Source: Omnitrophica bacterium GWA2_41_15 (GTDB taxonomy: Bacteria > Omnitrophota > Gorgyraeia > Gygaellales > Profunditerraquicolaceae). From it: 64,000 nucleotides of DNA. The position numbers were made by a program, and so were the translations under genes. Each line of letters starts with the position of its first letter. The stretch's first letter is position 1. The notes beneath the pieces were generated by a model. It did no database searches. It was not told where the DNA came from and worked only from the letters and a program-made list of their open reading frames with translations. The stretch is from positions 38,499 through 102,498 of the forward strand of contig CAKKQB010000028.1 of assembly GCA_919901915.1 (NCBI GenBank), written 5' to 3'. This document shows, in pieces, positions 30,072 through 40,010 of the stretch.

Positions 30072-31691
30072 TTAACTGTTACAACCGAAAAGAATAGCGT
30101 TATTCTTAGTAGATTCATCCCCTAGTTTTACGACAAAGCCGTCTGCGCCAACGACAAGATGCTTTTGCGGTTCCCATGATGTTGCTTCCCAGCCGGCTTC
30201 ATCACACGACCATCCTCCAACATAAATATTCTTACTATTCACAGCTAACGCAATAGGTTCCTCTCCAGGGCCAGAAATGCCTTTTTCACCTAACCATTGA
30301 CCCCACTTTACTGCAGGCAAAATGCCATCAATAATTTTTATAACGAACTTTTGCTTATGACCACTATATGTCCCCAAAAATGTTGTTTCCCAACCTATTT
30401 GAGGGCTGGTAACGCCAATCCCATAGGTATTGGACGTCCCTCCAACGTAAATATTATTACCATTCACAGCTAAAGCATTAACTGAATCCATTGCTTTTCC
30501 ACCTAACCACTGACCCCATTTCAATTCAGGCTTATTAGTAACGGGATTATCGAAAATTTTTATAACAAATAGTTCCCTCGTGCTAGAGCTTTTAAACTCA
30601 CCTAACATCGTTATTCCATCCAAGCCGGTTTTGCTAGTTGACTCCCCCCCAACATAGATATTGCTACCATTTACAGCTATGCATAGAACTAAATCATAGA
30701 TTTTTCCTCCTAACCATTGACCCCAAACCACCGAAGCACTCGGATCAATAAGCAACGGGTAATTTGAAAGAGACTCTTTAATAGAAACAGTTAAGGCATT
30801 ATCAGCGTTAATAATATAGGATGCAGTTTTTTTAACTCCATCAGCTGTCCAATAAACAAGAGGTTCTAAAATAGCGAGAGGTTTTTCATCGCCAAAAGCG
30901 ACATTATGGTTTAAGGCTTTACGCACAGTATCCATTACCGAGGCGCGTTTTTTAAGGTCAGAATTATCTATGCCGGAAATCTTCATTGTCCTGTAAACAT
31001 TAACACTACCGTTGGGCTGTTGTTTGAGAGTTACGCTTGCGCCAGAGTCAGTTGAAAATTTCCAGGTATATTGGCTTAAATTATCAGAATGATTAAAAGC
31101 CGTAGCTTGAATCCACTCTTTTAACATTGCGCCTTGAGCAGATTGAGAAGCAAGGTATATAATAGTGTCTGTTGGCCGTTGATAAACCTGCGCAGAGCCC
31201 AGCGGTTTAGATTTAACGGTGAACTGTTTAAAAGGGGCAGAATTATTATCTAATTCCATCGTGAACGAAGCAGTATCTTGACCGTTTTTCATCAGAAAAC
31301 GTTTTTTGACGGTGTCCGATTTAGCATCAAAAGAAACGCGCATTTCCACTGGGCTCGACCGACCGAGGGCGGAATGCCCGAGGAAGTCGGGATAATGCTC
31401 CACTCCTTCGTCATTCCGGCGCAAGCCGGAATCCAGTCCGGACTCTGACATAGCAAATGTTACAGCATCACTATTAGTTTGAAATTTTGGTTTACCTGTA
31501 GGAAATAAAGCAAGAGGCTCTGGCGCGAGTTTAGATATTTGCTTAAATATCCCCACGGTCATAGACAACTCTTGAGCTATTGGCCCAGGAATAGCCGCGT
31601 ACACGTTACCAGTTAAAAAAGGCGCCGAAGAAAACAAAATAAACACTGGTAAAATAATTAAACTAACTACTGCGGCATACTTCCTTATCAT
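30072..31691 (-). CDS. Secreted beta-propeller repeat protein, paralog 2 (3 repeats), C-terminus AILFGCNS
   Basis: Start trimmed to MIRKY; N-domain highly similar to 676..3123; WGQWLG repeats. Confidence 0.75.
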   Translation of the reverse strand: MIRKYAAVVSLIILPVFILFSSAPFLTGNVYAAIPGPIAQELSMTVGIFKQISKLAPEPLALFPTGKPKFQTNSDAVTFAMSESGLDSGLRRNDEGVEHYPDFLGHSALGRSSPVEMRVSFDAKSDTVKKRFLMKNGQDTASFTMELDNNSAPFKQFTVKSKPLGSAQVYQRPTDTIIYLASQSAQGAMLKEWIQATAFNHSDNLSQYTWKFSTDSGASVTLKQQPNGSVNVYRTMKISGIDNSDLKKRASVMDTVRKALNHNVAFGDEKPLAILEPLVYWTADGVKKTASYIINADNALTVSIKESLSNYPLLIDPSASVVWGQWLGGKIYDLVLCIAVNGSNIYVGGESTSKTGLDGITMLGEFKSSSTRELFVIKIFDNPVTNKPELKWGQWLGGKAMDSVNALAVNGNNIYVGGTSNTYGIGVTSPQIGWETTFLGTYSGHKQKFVIKIIDGILPAVKWGQWLGEKGISGPGEEPIALAVNSKNIYVGGWSCDEAGWEATSWEPQKHLVVGADGFVVKLGDESTKNNAILFGCNS

Positions 31692-31705
31692 TTTCAATCC
31701 TCCAT

Positions 31706-31990
31706 TTAAACTTCTACGCCCTTTTTCATCCATTCAGGTAAAGGAGTACGAGTTGCTTCACAATAAAGAATTTCAGGCGCTATATCTATTTCTTTATTCC
31801 ACGTAAGATTACCGATTTCTTTATCAAGCTGGAATGATTTAAAAAATTCGATATTTTTGAATCTCTCAAAAACACCGCTTTTTTCTAAATATGGACAAAA
31901 ATCCATAATTCCTGCCTCTCCATTCTCAAATGTGAGCTTTATTTTATAATCTTCCAGATACTCCGCCAATATTATATCTAAAAGCATCAA
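31706..31990 (-). CDS. DUF2442 family protein (putative antitoxin)
   Basis: YKIKLTFENG...F...L.W...IDIAPE.LY. Confidence 0.85.
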   Translation of the reverse strand: MMLLDIILAEYLEDYKIKLTFENGEAGIMDFCPYLEKSGVFERFKNIEFFKSFQLDKEIGNLTWNKEIDIAPEILYCEATRTPLPEWMKKGVEV

Positions 31991-32000
31991 GAGCCTCCTT

Positions 32001-32261
32001 TTATTTTAAAGGTTCTATTTTTTCAGGTGGAAGATTTTGAGCCATAATTTCCCAATCTTTTAATAATTCATTTTTATATAAAAATGCCCATTCCATAATT
32101 AGGCCTAATGCTCTTGGCGGAAATCTTCCTTCCAAAATTCGCAATGAATTAATATCAATTGCAATTTTATATTCACCGTAACGAGCATGGAAATGAGGCG
32201 GATTATGTTCGTCATAAAACATAGACACTATAATTCCATAAAATCTCGATATTTCAGGCAT
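32001..32261 (-). CDS. DUF4160 family protein (putative toxin)
   Basis: MPEISRFYGIIV.MF..EHNPPHFHA.YG...EWA...EL..W...IEPL. Confidence 0.9.
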   Translation of the reverse strand: MPEISRFYGIIVSMFYDEHNPPHFHARYGEYKIAIDINSLRILEGRFPPRALGLIMEWAFLYKNELLKDWEIMAQNLPPEKIEPLK

Positions 32262-32306
32262 TTTAATTCCTCATTATTTCTCAAATTTTACGACAAAACC
32301 GCCTAC

Positions 32307-32617
32307 AGGGATTGTTGCAAAATGCTTCCGAGCTGTCAAGAGCCCTGCTTGACTGGGCAATCCAGAAGTTTTTATCGACAAGCTTTTCAGTTTCTCTCAT
32401 TCCGGATTAAAACATTCCGGAATGACGGCTTTTCTGAGATTGCTGAAATAATCCAAAATAGGCAGCAATCTCTGATTACAGCGATTAAATTTAGATTACA
32501 GCGATTTATTTCCGTCGGTAAAATCTCTGTAATCTTTTGTAATCTCCGTAATCAGAGGTCACTGATATAGTTTTTAGGAATTTTTCAGTGACCTCTTTTC
32601 TTAATTCTTGACACCAC
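32307..32617. repeat. Composite repeat region: decayed copy of the 22964 MITE, 9-mer inverted array and a hairpin
   Basis: GGGATTGTTGCAAAATG...GCTTGACTGGGCAATCCAGAAGTTTTT matches the MITE left half; ATTCCGGATTAAAACATTCCGGAATGACGG shared with ~40159-40188; GATTACA/TGTAATC arrays; AGAGGTCACTGA..TCAGTGACCTCT. Confidence 0.75.
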
Positions 32618-32632
32618 CTGATTGTCATGTCT

Positions 32633-33508
32633 CTACACGACCTGCCAATCCGCTTCCCTTAACAAAAACTCCATAACATGGCGCGACATATTATCGTCGG
32701 AAGGAATATTTTCCTTCTTTGCTATTTGGGCAAAAACTAAATACACCAAAACATGCTTTTTAGCCTCTGGTTCTAATTTTTCAATTAAAACCTTTTCCTG
32801 ACTGTCTATTGTTTCTCTAGGAACTCCTTTTAATGCCAAATCCACTTTTGCCTGCTTTAGCATATCATCAAGCTGGCGCTTTATAAGGCTTTGCGGCAAT
32901 TCAAAAACAAAATCCTTGGTTATATTTTCAATTATTTCGTTTTCAATTCTGGCGTGCTCCTGGTTTTCTTTATTCATAAAAATCTGTCTTTCTATAGCCC
33001 TCTCTAATTCCTGCGTGCCGGGATACCCTAAAGACTTAGCAAGCCTATCATCTACCTCTTCAATTTTATACTGCTCTTTCAAAGAATCAATGCCGCGCTT
33101 TACCTCATCATCAGCCACATTTGTCTTTTTAAAGTTAATCTTTATATTTTTATAGTTTTCTATAACTATCTCGGGACTTACCTCAACTTTTGCCTTAAAC
33201 GAAAGGCTGTTTTTATCTAATTGGACTTCTGTAATCTCCGGCAGGCCCACAACATCAAGATTTTCTTTTTGCATTGCCTCATTGTAAACATCCGGCACTA
33301 ATTCCCTAAGAACATTTTCGCGGACAACAGAGCCATATTGCTTTTCTACAATATCGCGCGGGGCCTTCCCCGGACGGAATCCCTGCACCTTCGCGTCCCT
33401 GGCAACCCTTTTAAAAACATCTTCAAACTTATTTTTTACAATATCACCGCTTACCTCAATACTTATCTCTCTTCTAATACTGTCTACTTTTTTGATTTCT
33501 GTTTTCAC
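32633..33508 (-). CDS. tig: Trigger factor, short form apparently lacking the FKBP domain
   Basis: GFRPGKAP signature, C-terminal SurA-like helices, 291 aa, upstream of clpP. Confidence 0.9.
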   Translation of the reverse strand: MKTEIKKVDSIRREISIEVSGDIVKNKFEDVFKRVARDAKVQGFRPGKAPRDIVEKQYGSVVRENVLRELVPDVYNEAMQKENLDVVGLPEITEVQLDKNSLSFKAKVEVSPEIVIENYKNIKINFKKTNVADDEVKRGIDSLKEQYKIEEVDDRLAKSLGYPGTQELERAIERQIFMNKENQEHARIENEIIENITKDFVFELPQSLIKRQLDDMLKQAKVDLALKGVPRETIDSQEKVLIEKLEPEAKKHVLVYLVFAQIAKKENIPSDDNMSRHVMEFLLREADWQVV

Positions 33509-33519
33509 GTTTGTCCTTT

Positions 33520-34242
33520 CTACATCCTAAATTTCTCGCCCAAATATACTGAACGAGCCTGCGGATTATTAACCAATTCTTCTGATGTCCCGGAAATCAA
33601 AATTCTGCCTTCAGCAATTAAATACGCCCTGTCAGTTATAGAAAGTGTCTCCCGGACATTATGGTCAGTGAGTAAAATCCCCAGGCCTTTTTTCCTTAGT
33701 TCCCTGATAATCTCCTGCGCCTCACTAACCACAATCGGGTCTATACCTGAAAACGGCTCATCTAAAAGTATGAACGAAGGGTTTGTCACTAACGCGCGCG
33801 TTATCTCAAGGCGCCTTCTTTCCCCTCCCGATAATGTATAAGCCTTACTTTTAGCAAGATGCGAAATATTTAATTCTTCCAACAGATAAGCGAGCCTCCT
33901 GTTTCTTTCAGCCTTACTTATAGATAGGGTCTCTAATATCGCCATAATATTTTCTTCCACGGTAAGTTTTCGAAATACAGAAGGCTCCTGTGAAAGATAA
34001 CCTATACCATAACGGGCACGCTCATGAATAGGCAGTGCCGTTATATCATTATTATCAAAAATTATTTTCCCGCGATTAGGCGCGATTACACCCACCACCA
34101 TATAAAACGTTGTAGTTTTTCCCGCGCCATTAGGCCCTAACAGGCCCACAATCTCACCGCGCAAAACCTGCATATTCACGCCCTTGACAACTTCCCTTCC
34201 ATCATAGGACTTAGCTAAATCTTTAATTTCCAATAAATGCAT
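33520..34242 (-). CDS. lptB: LPS export ABC ATPase
   Basis: [48 protein letters not shown]. Confidence 0.97.
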   Translation of the reverse strand: MHLLEIKDLAKSYDGREVVKGVNMQVLRGEIVGLLGPNGAGKTTTFYMVVGVIAPNRGKIIFDNNDITALPIHERARYGIGYLSQEPSVFRKLTVEENIMAILETLSISKAERNRRLAYLLEELNISHLAKSKAYTLSGGERRRLEITRALVTNPSFILLDEPFSGIDPIVVSEAQEIIRELRKKGLGILLTDHNVRETLSITDRAYLIAEGRILISGTSEELVNNPQARSVYLGEKFRM

Positions 34243-35275
34243 TTTTAGCGTCCTCTGTTGAATTTATAATTAACTTAGGCCTTCCAGTAAGAACAATCTT
34301 TTTATCTGAAGCGGTATAAAGCGCTTCTTCGCTGTAAGAAACATTTTCCCCGCGAGAAATCTTTACATTTCCCTTCGCGATAATCTTGTCTATTTGGCTT
34401 CCTATGGATTTCGGCCCTTGCTTTAATTCACCAGTAGGGACAGCGCAGTGCGCTGTCCCTACAGCTGTCCCTACGTTATCTTTGTGTTCCCTACCGGTCC
34501 GAATAAAATAGACATCCATTTTATCGCTCGAGATTTCAGATCCCTGCTGGCTGACTTTAACATTATTGCTAAATTGAGCGATATTTTTTTCATAATCTAC
34601 CTCAAGCGGGCCATCGCAGGTAATGATTATTTTTTCTTGTGATTTTACGCCTAAAAGCCCTTCTTTCTGAACAGGCTCAATGTCTAACCGCACATCGCGT
34701 TCTAAGGCAATCTGTTTTAAATCAGACTGCCCCTTTACCCCTGTCGCCGTCACAGTCATATTATCTCTTTTTATATTTACCGGATCACCTGTTGTAACAA
34801 CCCCGCCTTTTCTATCCCAATCCAAAGAATCAGTAGTTAGTTTTGTGCCGCCGGAAGTAGTAATAACAACATCCTGCTTTAGATTAACCTTACCATTTTC
34901 TTTATTGAAATCGCCTTTTTTAGCGCTAAGCCGAATATCTTCTCCTTTTCCATAAAAATTACCCACCACACTATCAAGCTTTACCTGCGATTGAAAAATA
35001 TCGGCTGTTTTAGCGCGAAGATCCCATTCCTTTTTACCTTTTTCTCCCTGGCCAGCAACGCTAAAATCATTAATCTGCTGATCTGCTTCAATAGATGACT
35101 GTTCAGCGGCAAATGAGAAATTATAAATACCAAAACATAAATAACAAAATAAACATAAAGCGTAAAATAAGCTCGTATCTCGTGAATCGTATCTCGTGAA
35201 TCGTTTCCCAACGAGATACGAGATACAAGATACAAAATACGAGATACGAACGACGATTCCTATTCTAAATATCAT
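34223..35275 (-). CDS. LptC/LptA-like fused beta-jellyroll LPS transport protein
   Basis: KKEWDL.A..A, L.TDSL.W, then an OstA-like segment (F..NV.V.Q...I...M, IIA.GNV.I); between kdsC and lptB. Confidence 0.8.
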   Translation of the reverse strand: MIFRIGIVVRISYFVSCISYLVGKRFTRYDSRDTSLFYALCLFCYLCFGIYNFSFAAEQSSIEADQQINDFSVAGQGEKGKKEWDLRAKTADIFQSQVKLDSVVGNFYGKGEDIRLSAKKGDFNKENGKVNLKQDVVITTSGGTKLTTDSLDWDRKGGVVTTGDPVNIKRDNMTVTATGVKGQSDLKQIALERDVRLDIEPVQKEGLLGVKSQEKIIITCDGPLEVDYEKNIAQFSNNVKVSQQGSEISSDKMDVYFIRTGREHKDNVGTAVGTAHCAVPTGELKQGPKSIGSQIDKIIAKGNVKISRGENVSYSEEALYTASDKKIVLTGRPKLIINSTEDAKNAFIGN

Positions 35276-35807
35276 ACACTGCCAAAGCCTCCTGCCACTT
35301 CCCTTGCGATTTTAAAATAAGTTCCGCGACTTCGCGCACAGCGCCTTTACCGCCCAGCGCAACCGTAATATAAGAAGCCGCTTGCTTAATCTCGGAAACC
35401 GCGTTAAATACCGCTACCGGCAAACCCACTCTTTTCATTAAACATAAATCCACCAAATCATCGCCCACAAAACATACTTCGCTAATATCAACTTTGTATT
35501 TCTTTAATATCTCCCCCAACACCGCTGTTTTAGGAGAAATATTTTCAAAAATCTCCGCCACCCGCATATCACGGGCGCGCGGTCTTATTGTCTTTGAGCC
35601 TTTTGCCGTGATAATAACTGTTTTTATTCCGGCCCTATAAAGCAGGCACACGCCCAGGCCATCATGGACATCAAAAAATTTCGAATCCCTTCCTTTAGAA
35701 TCATAGATTATTCTGCCATCCGTTAAAACCCCGTCAACATCCAAAAGCAGCAACTTAACTTTTTGAGCCTTTCCCTTTAATTCTTCTGTTACTATAGTAT
35801 TTAACAT
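35265..35807 (-). CDS. kdsC: KDO 8-phosphate phosphatase
   Basis: LLDVDGVLTDG, F.V.DG.G, GDDLVDL, GG.GAVRE. Confidence 0.95.
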   Translation of the reverse strand: MLNTIVTEELKGKAQKVKLLLLDVDGVLTDGRIIYDSKGRDSKFFDVHDGLGVCLLYRAGIKTVIITAKGSKTIRPRARDMRVAEIFENISPKTAVLGEILKKYKVDISEVCFVGDDLVDLCLMKRVGLPVAVFNAVSEIKQAASYITVALGGKGAVREVAELILKSQGKWQEALAVYDI

Positions 35808-35811
35808 ATTT

Positions 35812-35858
35812 GTGAACCGGTGAACCGGTGAACTGGTTAACCGGTTAACCGGCTAACC
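35812..35858. repeat. Tandem 8-mer array
   Basis: GTGAACCG GTGAACCG GTGAACTG GTTAACCG GTTAACCG GCTAACC. Confidence 0.88.
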
Positions 35859-35859
35859 C

Positions 35860-36822
35860 TTACACCAATCCCGCCTTCAAAAGATCCTGCACATCTAATA
35901 GTCCCACCGGCCGCTTATTTTTATCCACAACCGGAACTTCATCTATTTTCTTGTCTTTTAATATACTCATCGCGCTGGCAGCCAGCATATCCGCGCTAAC
36001 CACGCAAGGATCCTTAGTCATTACTTCTTTAATCTTACGCTGGAGTAAATTCCCGTCTATTTCTAAGTGCCGCCGCAGGTCTCCATCAGTAAAAATCCCT
36101 TTTAACCGGCCAACCTTATCCACCACAGTAGCGCAGCCAGCCTTGGCCTGCGTTATTTCAAGCAAAACCTCTGAAACATTTTTTTCTTCATAAACAACCG
36201 GATTATCTTGAGCCTTGCGCATGATATCTTCTACTTTTAATAAAAGGCTCCTTCCCAAAGCTCCACCCGGATGAAAAAAAGCAAAATCCTTTTCTTTAAA
36301 TCCCCTCAAATCAAGAACGCATACTGCCAAGGCATCACACATAGCCAGCGTAGCGGTAGTAGAAGCAGTAGGAGCCAGACCCAGAGAACAAGCCTCTTTT
36401 TTTACTGAAATATCCAAAACCACATCGCTATATTTGGCAAGAACTGATTTCATATTTCCGGTAAGAGCGATTATTGAACAGCCGATTTTTTTTAAGAGTG
36501 GTAATAATTGTTTTATTTCATCGGATATGCCGCTGGTAGAAATAATTACAACTACGTCCGCGGGAACAACTCTTCCCAAATCTCCATGGATTGCCTCCGC
36601 GATATGTAAAAACAAGCTCGGCGTGCCTGTAGATGCCAATGTCGCGGAAAACTTCTGGGCAATAATTCCGGTTTTACCCATACCGCTTACCACAACCCTG
36701 CCTTTAGTCTTTAATATATAATTGGCCGCTCTTTCAAAGTTAATCTCAAGTCTGGATTTTAAGTCAAGGATCGCGCCAGCCTCAATATCCAAAACCTCTT
36801 TTGCTCTTTTTAATATATTCAT
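35860..36822 (-). CDS. kdsD: Arabinose-5-phosphate isomerase (KpsF/GutQ family, SIS+CBS)
   Basis: GMGK.G.IA.K, ASTGTPS, EA.HGDLG, APTASTT, HPGGALG. Confidence 0.95.
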   Translation of the reverse strand: MNILKRAKEVLDIEAGAILDLKSRLEINFERAANYILKTKGRVVVSGMGKTGIIAQKFSATLASTGTPSLFLHIAEAIHGDLGRVVPADVVVIISTSGISDEIKQLLPLLKKIGCSIIALTGNMKSVLAKYSDVVLDISVKKEACSLGLAPTASTTATLAMCDALAVCVLDLRGFKEKDFAFFHPGGALGRSLLLKVEDIMRKAQDNPVVYEEKNVSEVLLEITQAKAGCATVVDKVGRLKGIFTDGDLRRHLEIDGNLLQRKIKEVMTKDPCVVSADMLAASAMSILKDKKIDEVPVVDKNKRPVGLLDVQDLLKAGLV

Positions 36823-37634
36823 TTCAACGCTTTCTCTATTCGCGTAACCTGTTTAAGAAGCTTTTCTAAGGCCTTGAAATCAATCATATTTGGGCCATCG
36901 CAAAGCGCCTTATCAGGAGAAGAATGCACTTCCAAAAATAAACCATCACAGCCAAAAGCAACCGCCGCGCGCGATAAGCCCTCAACAAATTCACGCTGTC
37001 CGCCCGAAGCTGTACCTTTGCCGCCCGGAAGCTGAACGCTGTGCGTAGCATCATAAATCACAGGGTATCCAAACTCCCGCATTATGCCAAGGCTTCTAAA
37101 ATCAGTGACTAAATTATTATACCCAAAACATGCTCCCCGCTCAGTAATCAGTATTGACTTATTGCCTACAGATTCAATTTTTTTAATTATAGGAACGATA
37201 TCCCATGGCGCTAAGAATTGCCCTTTTTTAATATTTATCACCTTACCGCTCTTTGCCGCGGCCGTTACAATATCCGTCTGGCGGCACAAAAGGGCAGGAA
37301 TCTGAATTATATCCGCGACCTTGGATACCTCTATTATATCCGCCTGACAATGAACATCAGTCAATATAGGCACCTTAATTTCTTGTTTTATTCTACGCAA
37401 AACAGAAAGCCCTTTTTTTATGCCCGGGCCGCGATAAGAATCTATAGAAAGCCTGTTTGCCTTATCAAAACTAGTTTTAAAAATAAAAGGAATGCCGACC
37501 TTATCGGCAATCTTCTTTATCGTTACCGCGGCATCTAAACAAAGCCCCTCTGATTCAATCACACAAGGCCCAGCGATTAAAACCAGGGGATTTTTATCGC
37601 CTATTTTTATATTACCTACCTGTATTTGCTTCAT
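36819..37634 (-). CDS. kdsA: KDO 8-phosphate synthase
   Basis: IAGPCVIES, SFDKANR, QIPA.LCRQTD, KKGQFLAP, DATHSVQ.PG. Confidence 0.98.
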   Translation of the reverse strand: MKQIQVGNIKIGDKNPLVLIAGPCVIESEGLCLDAAVTIKKIADKVGIPFIFKTSFDKANRLSIDSYRGPGIKKGLSVLRRIKQEIKVPILTDVHCQADIIEVSKVADIIQIPALLCRQTDIVTAAAKSGKVINIKKGQFLAPWDIVPIIKKIESVGNKSILITERGACFGYNNLVTDFRSLGIMREFGYPVIYDATHSVQLPGGKGTASGGQREFVEGLSRAAVAFGCDGLFLEVHSSPDKALCDGPNMIDFKALEKLLKQVTRIEKALK

Positions 37635-38532
37635 TATTATTAATCGTGCTTGTCGGACTTGGCTTATCCCCGCCTATCGGCGGAACAGACAGGCCTGCTT
37701 CTTTTTCGGGACAGATAAATCCGCCCCCTATATTTATGGATAAAGCAGTTTTTGCAGGAGCTTGATTTATCAAGCCTATTCCTTTGTTTTTTTCTATTCT
37801 CTCATTTTGAAAATAAAGTTTTACCTTCTCGAGATCCTCTATGGTATCCACGCCAATTGTATCATATTTTGTTTCAATAACCTTAATACGGTAACCTTCT
37901 TCCAAAACTCGCAACTGCTCTAAGCGTTCTACTCTCTCTAAATAAGAAACCGGCAAATTCTTGTAGGTAAAAAGGAAATCTTTGGTGTAACCGTATAAAC
38001 CTATATGCTTAAAATAAACCGGAAAATTTATTTCTGATTCTTTAGCGCGAAAAGGTATGGGTAAACGTGAAAAATAAAGAGCAAAATTATTTTTATCAAT
38101 CACAACCTTAACTACATTAGGGTCATTAATAACAAGCTCATCTTCAATATTTTTCATAACAGTCGCCATAGAAATAGAGCTGTTATCTAATAATGCTCTC
38201 GCGACAGTATCTATCATAGTAGGATGAATCAACGGCTCATCGCCCTGAATGTTTATAACTATTTTCGCGTCTATTGAATTTATTACTTCACAGATCCTAT
38301 CTGTGCCCGAGGCATGGCCTTTAGCAGTAAGAACCACCTTCGCGCCAAACCCTTTAGCCGCGGCAGCCACTCTCTCGTCATCGCAGGCAATAATCAAATC
38401 GTCCAAGGTAAGCGCCTGTTTTGCCCGTTCCCAGACATGCTGGAGCATAGGTTTACCCAAAATATTCGCCAGAACCTTCCCCTCAAATCTTGTTGAAAAA
38501 TATCTTGCCGGAATAATACCGATTACATCCAT
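37612..38532 (-). CDS. kdsB: CMP-KDO synthetase with a ~60-aa C-terminal extension made partly of repeat remnants
   Basis: IIPARY.STRF.GK.L, SGTDR, NIQGDEP, LYFSR, HIGLY, E.LEQLR.L, GVDT. Confidence 0.96.
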   Translation of the reverse strand: MDVIGIIPARYFSTRFEGKVLANILGKPMLQHVWERAKQALTLDDLIIACDDERVAAAAKGFGAKVVLTAKGHASGTDRICEVINSIDAKIVINIQGDEPLIHPTMIDTVARALLDNSSISMATVMKNIEDELVINDPNVVKVVIDKNNFALYFSRLPIPFRAKESEINFPVYFKHIGLYGYTKDFLFTYKNLPVSYLERVERLEQLRVLEEGYRIKVIETKYDTIGVDTIEDLEKVKLYFQNERIEKNKGIGLINQAPAKTALSINIGGGFICPEKEAGLSVPPIGGDKPSPTSTINNNEANTGR

Positions 38533-38552
38533 ATTTCCTCACTTTGTTCGGA

Positions 38553-38597
38553 AGAGTACAGAGAACAGAAAACAGAGAAAAACCTTTCTGTACTCTC
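38553..38597. repeat. Heptamer array (CAGAGAA family) with a short inverted arm
   Basis: AGAGTAC AGAGAAC AGAAAAC AGAGAAA ... TCTGTACTCT. Confidence 0.75.
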
Positions 38598-39623
38598 TTA
38601 CCCACACTCTATTCCCGATAATAACTCTTTTCTTGTCGTAGCCGCAGTCCCTACTTTACCCACCACTATCCCTGCCGCGTAATTTGCCAGATGCGCCGCT
38701 TCTAATTTAGCCGCCCCACAACTTAACCCTAAAGTAAATACGCTTATAACCGTATCACCCGCGCCCGAGACATCAAAAACCTCTTGCGCGACTGTGGGTA
38801 TATGCGCCATATGACCATTATTTTCAAATAACTTCATTCCGCGCTCACCTAAAGTAATTAAAACTGAATCTAACTCCAAATATTTAAGAACTTCGCCTGC
38901 CGCCCGGTCAATATCCTTATCAGTAAATAACTTATCGTCATTTATCTGAAAACTATTCGTAGTATCTTTTATTTTTAAATTTCTAACCGCGTTTTCTAGT
39001 TCCTTACCATTAGGAGTAATACAGGTAGCAAGCCGGTAATACTGAAAATGCTCTTCTTTGGGATCAACGGTAATAATCTTTTTTTCAACGCGCGACAACC
39101 CGATAACCTCTTCAACTAATTGCTTATTTATCACCCCTTTGCCATAATCTTCTATAATAATGGCATCAAAATCATTTATATTTTTCTTTATAAATTCAAT
39201 GAGCCGCTGGTTTAGCTTAGCTGAAAGCGCCTCCTTATGCTCCCAATCAACCCTTACAACCTGTTGATGGCCGGCAATAATGCGCGTCTTTACCGTAGTA
39301 TGCCTGGAAGAATCAATAAAGATACCCCTCGTATCTATATTTCTCTTTCGCAATTCTGAAAATAATATCTGGGAATTCTTATCCTTTCCCACAATTCCCA
39401 CAAGGCAAACATTCGCGTCAAGGGAACGAATATTATTGGCAACATTGGCTGCTCCGCCCGGAATATGAGTTCTTCTATTCGCCCAAACCACCGGCACAGG
39501 CGCCTCAGGAGAGATCCTGTCAACACTGCCCCAAACATATTCATCTAAGATTAAATCCCCAACAACCAAGATTCTTGCTTTAGAGAATTTAGAAATTATA
39601 TTTTTTAGGGTATTTGTCCTCAT
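38598..39623 (-). CDS. rfaE1: D-glycero-beta-D-manno-heptose-7-phosphate kinase (RfaE domain I)
   Basis: VVGD.ILD.Y..G.V.RISPEAPVPV, GGAANVA, DYGKG, VFDVSGAGDTV. Confidence 0.95.
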   Translation of the reverse strand: MRTNTLKNIISKFSKARILVVGDLILDEYVWGSVDRISPEAPVPVVWANRRTHIPGGAANVANNIRSLDANVCLVGIVGKDKNSQILFSELRKRNIDTRGIFIDSSRHTTVKTRIIAGHQQVVRVDWEHKEALSAKLNQRLIEFIKKNINDFDAIIIEDYGKGVINKQLVEEVIGLSRVEKKIITVDPKEEHFQYYRLATCITPNGKELENAVRNLKIKDTTNSFQINDDKLFTDKDIDRAAGEVLKYLELDSVLITLGERGMKLFENNGHMAHIPTVAQEVFDVSGAGDTVISVFTLGLSCGAAKLEAAHLANYAAGIVVGKVGTAATTRKELLSGIECG

Positions 39624-39678
39624 TAGTAATGAAAATTTTAGCGCCTTACGTCGTTATGTATTTGTATTCGAAGTTCTA

Positions 39679-39706
39679 ATTTTAGCATAAATTTTAATTA
39701 AATCAA
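39679..39706 (-). promoter_or_regulatory. Putative sigma70 promoter of the rfaE1-kds-lpt operon
   Basis: TTGATT-16bp-TAAAAT with extended TG. Confidence 0.45.
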
Positions 39707-39729
39707 TACTATTTTAGGAATGCGTCAAG

Positions 39730-39903
39730 CCAATTTAGAAATGTCGTATTTTCATATTTCAATTACGAGGTGTCTGAATTGTTGCATTTTTGGGCGAGCA
39801 AGCGACCGAGGGCGAAATGCCCGAGGAAGTGTCGCGCCCATCTGGGCGGGACCTCGCCCCTACTTTAGAATACGACATTTCTAAATTGGTAGAATACGAC
39901 ATT
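39730..39903. repeat. Nested element: 21-bp perfect inverted repeats around a GTAG REP split by two smaller hairpins
   Basis: CCAATTTAGAAATGTCGTATT (39730-50) / AATACGACATTTCTAAATTGG (39869-89); REP halves at 39792-802 and 39853-63. Confidence 0.85.
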
Positions 39904-40010
39904 ATCATATTGGGATGACATACTATTTTAAACACAAACCCTATCCCGCCTTTTCTGCCACTTTTTGGCCATTTTTCGCGAAATATCATGGCTAAACCTA
40001 TCGCACCCCC

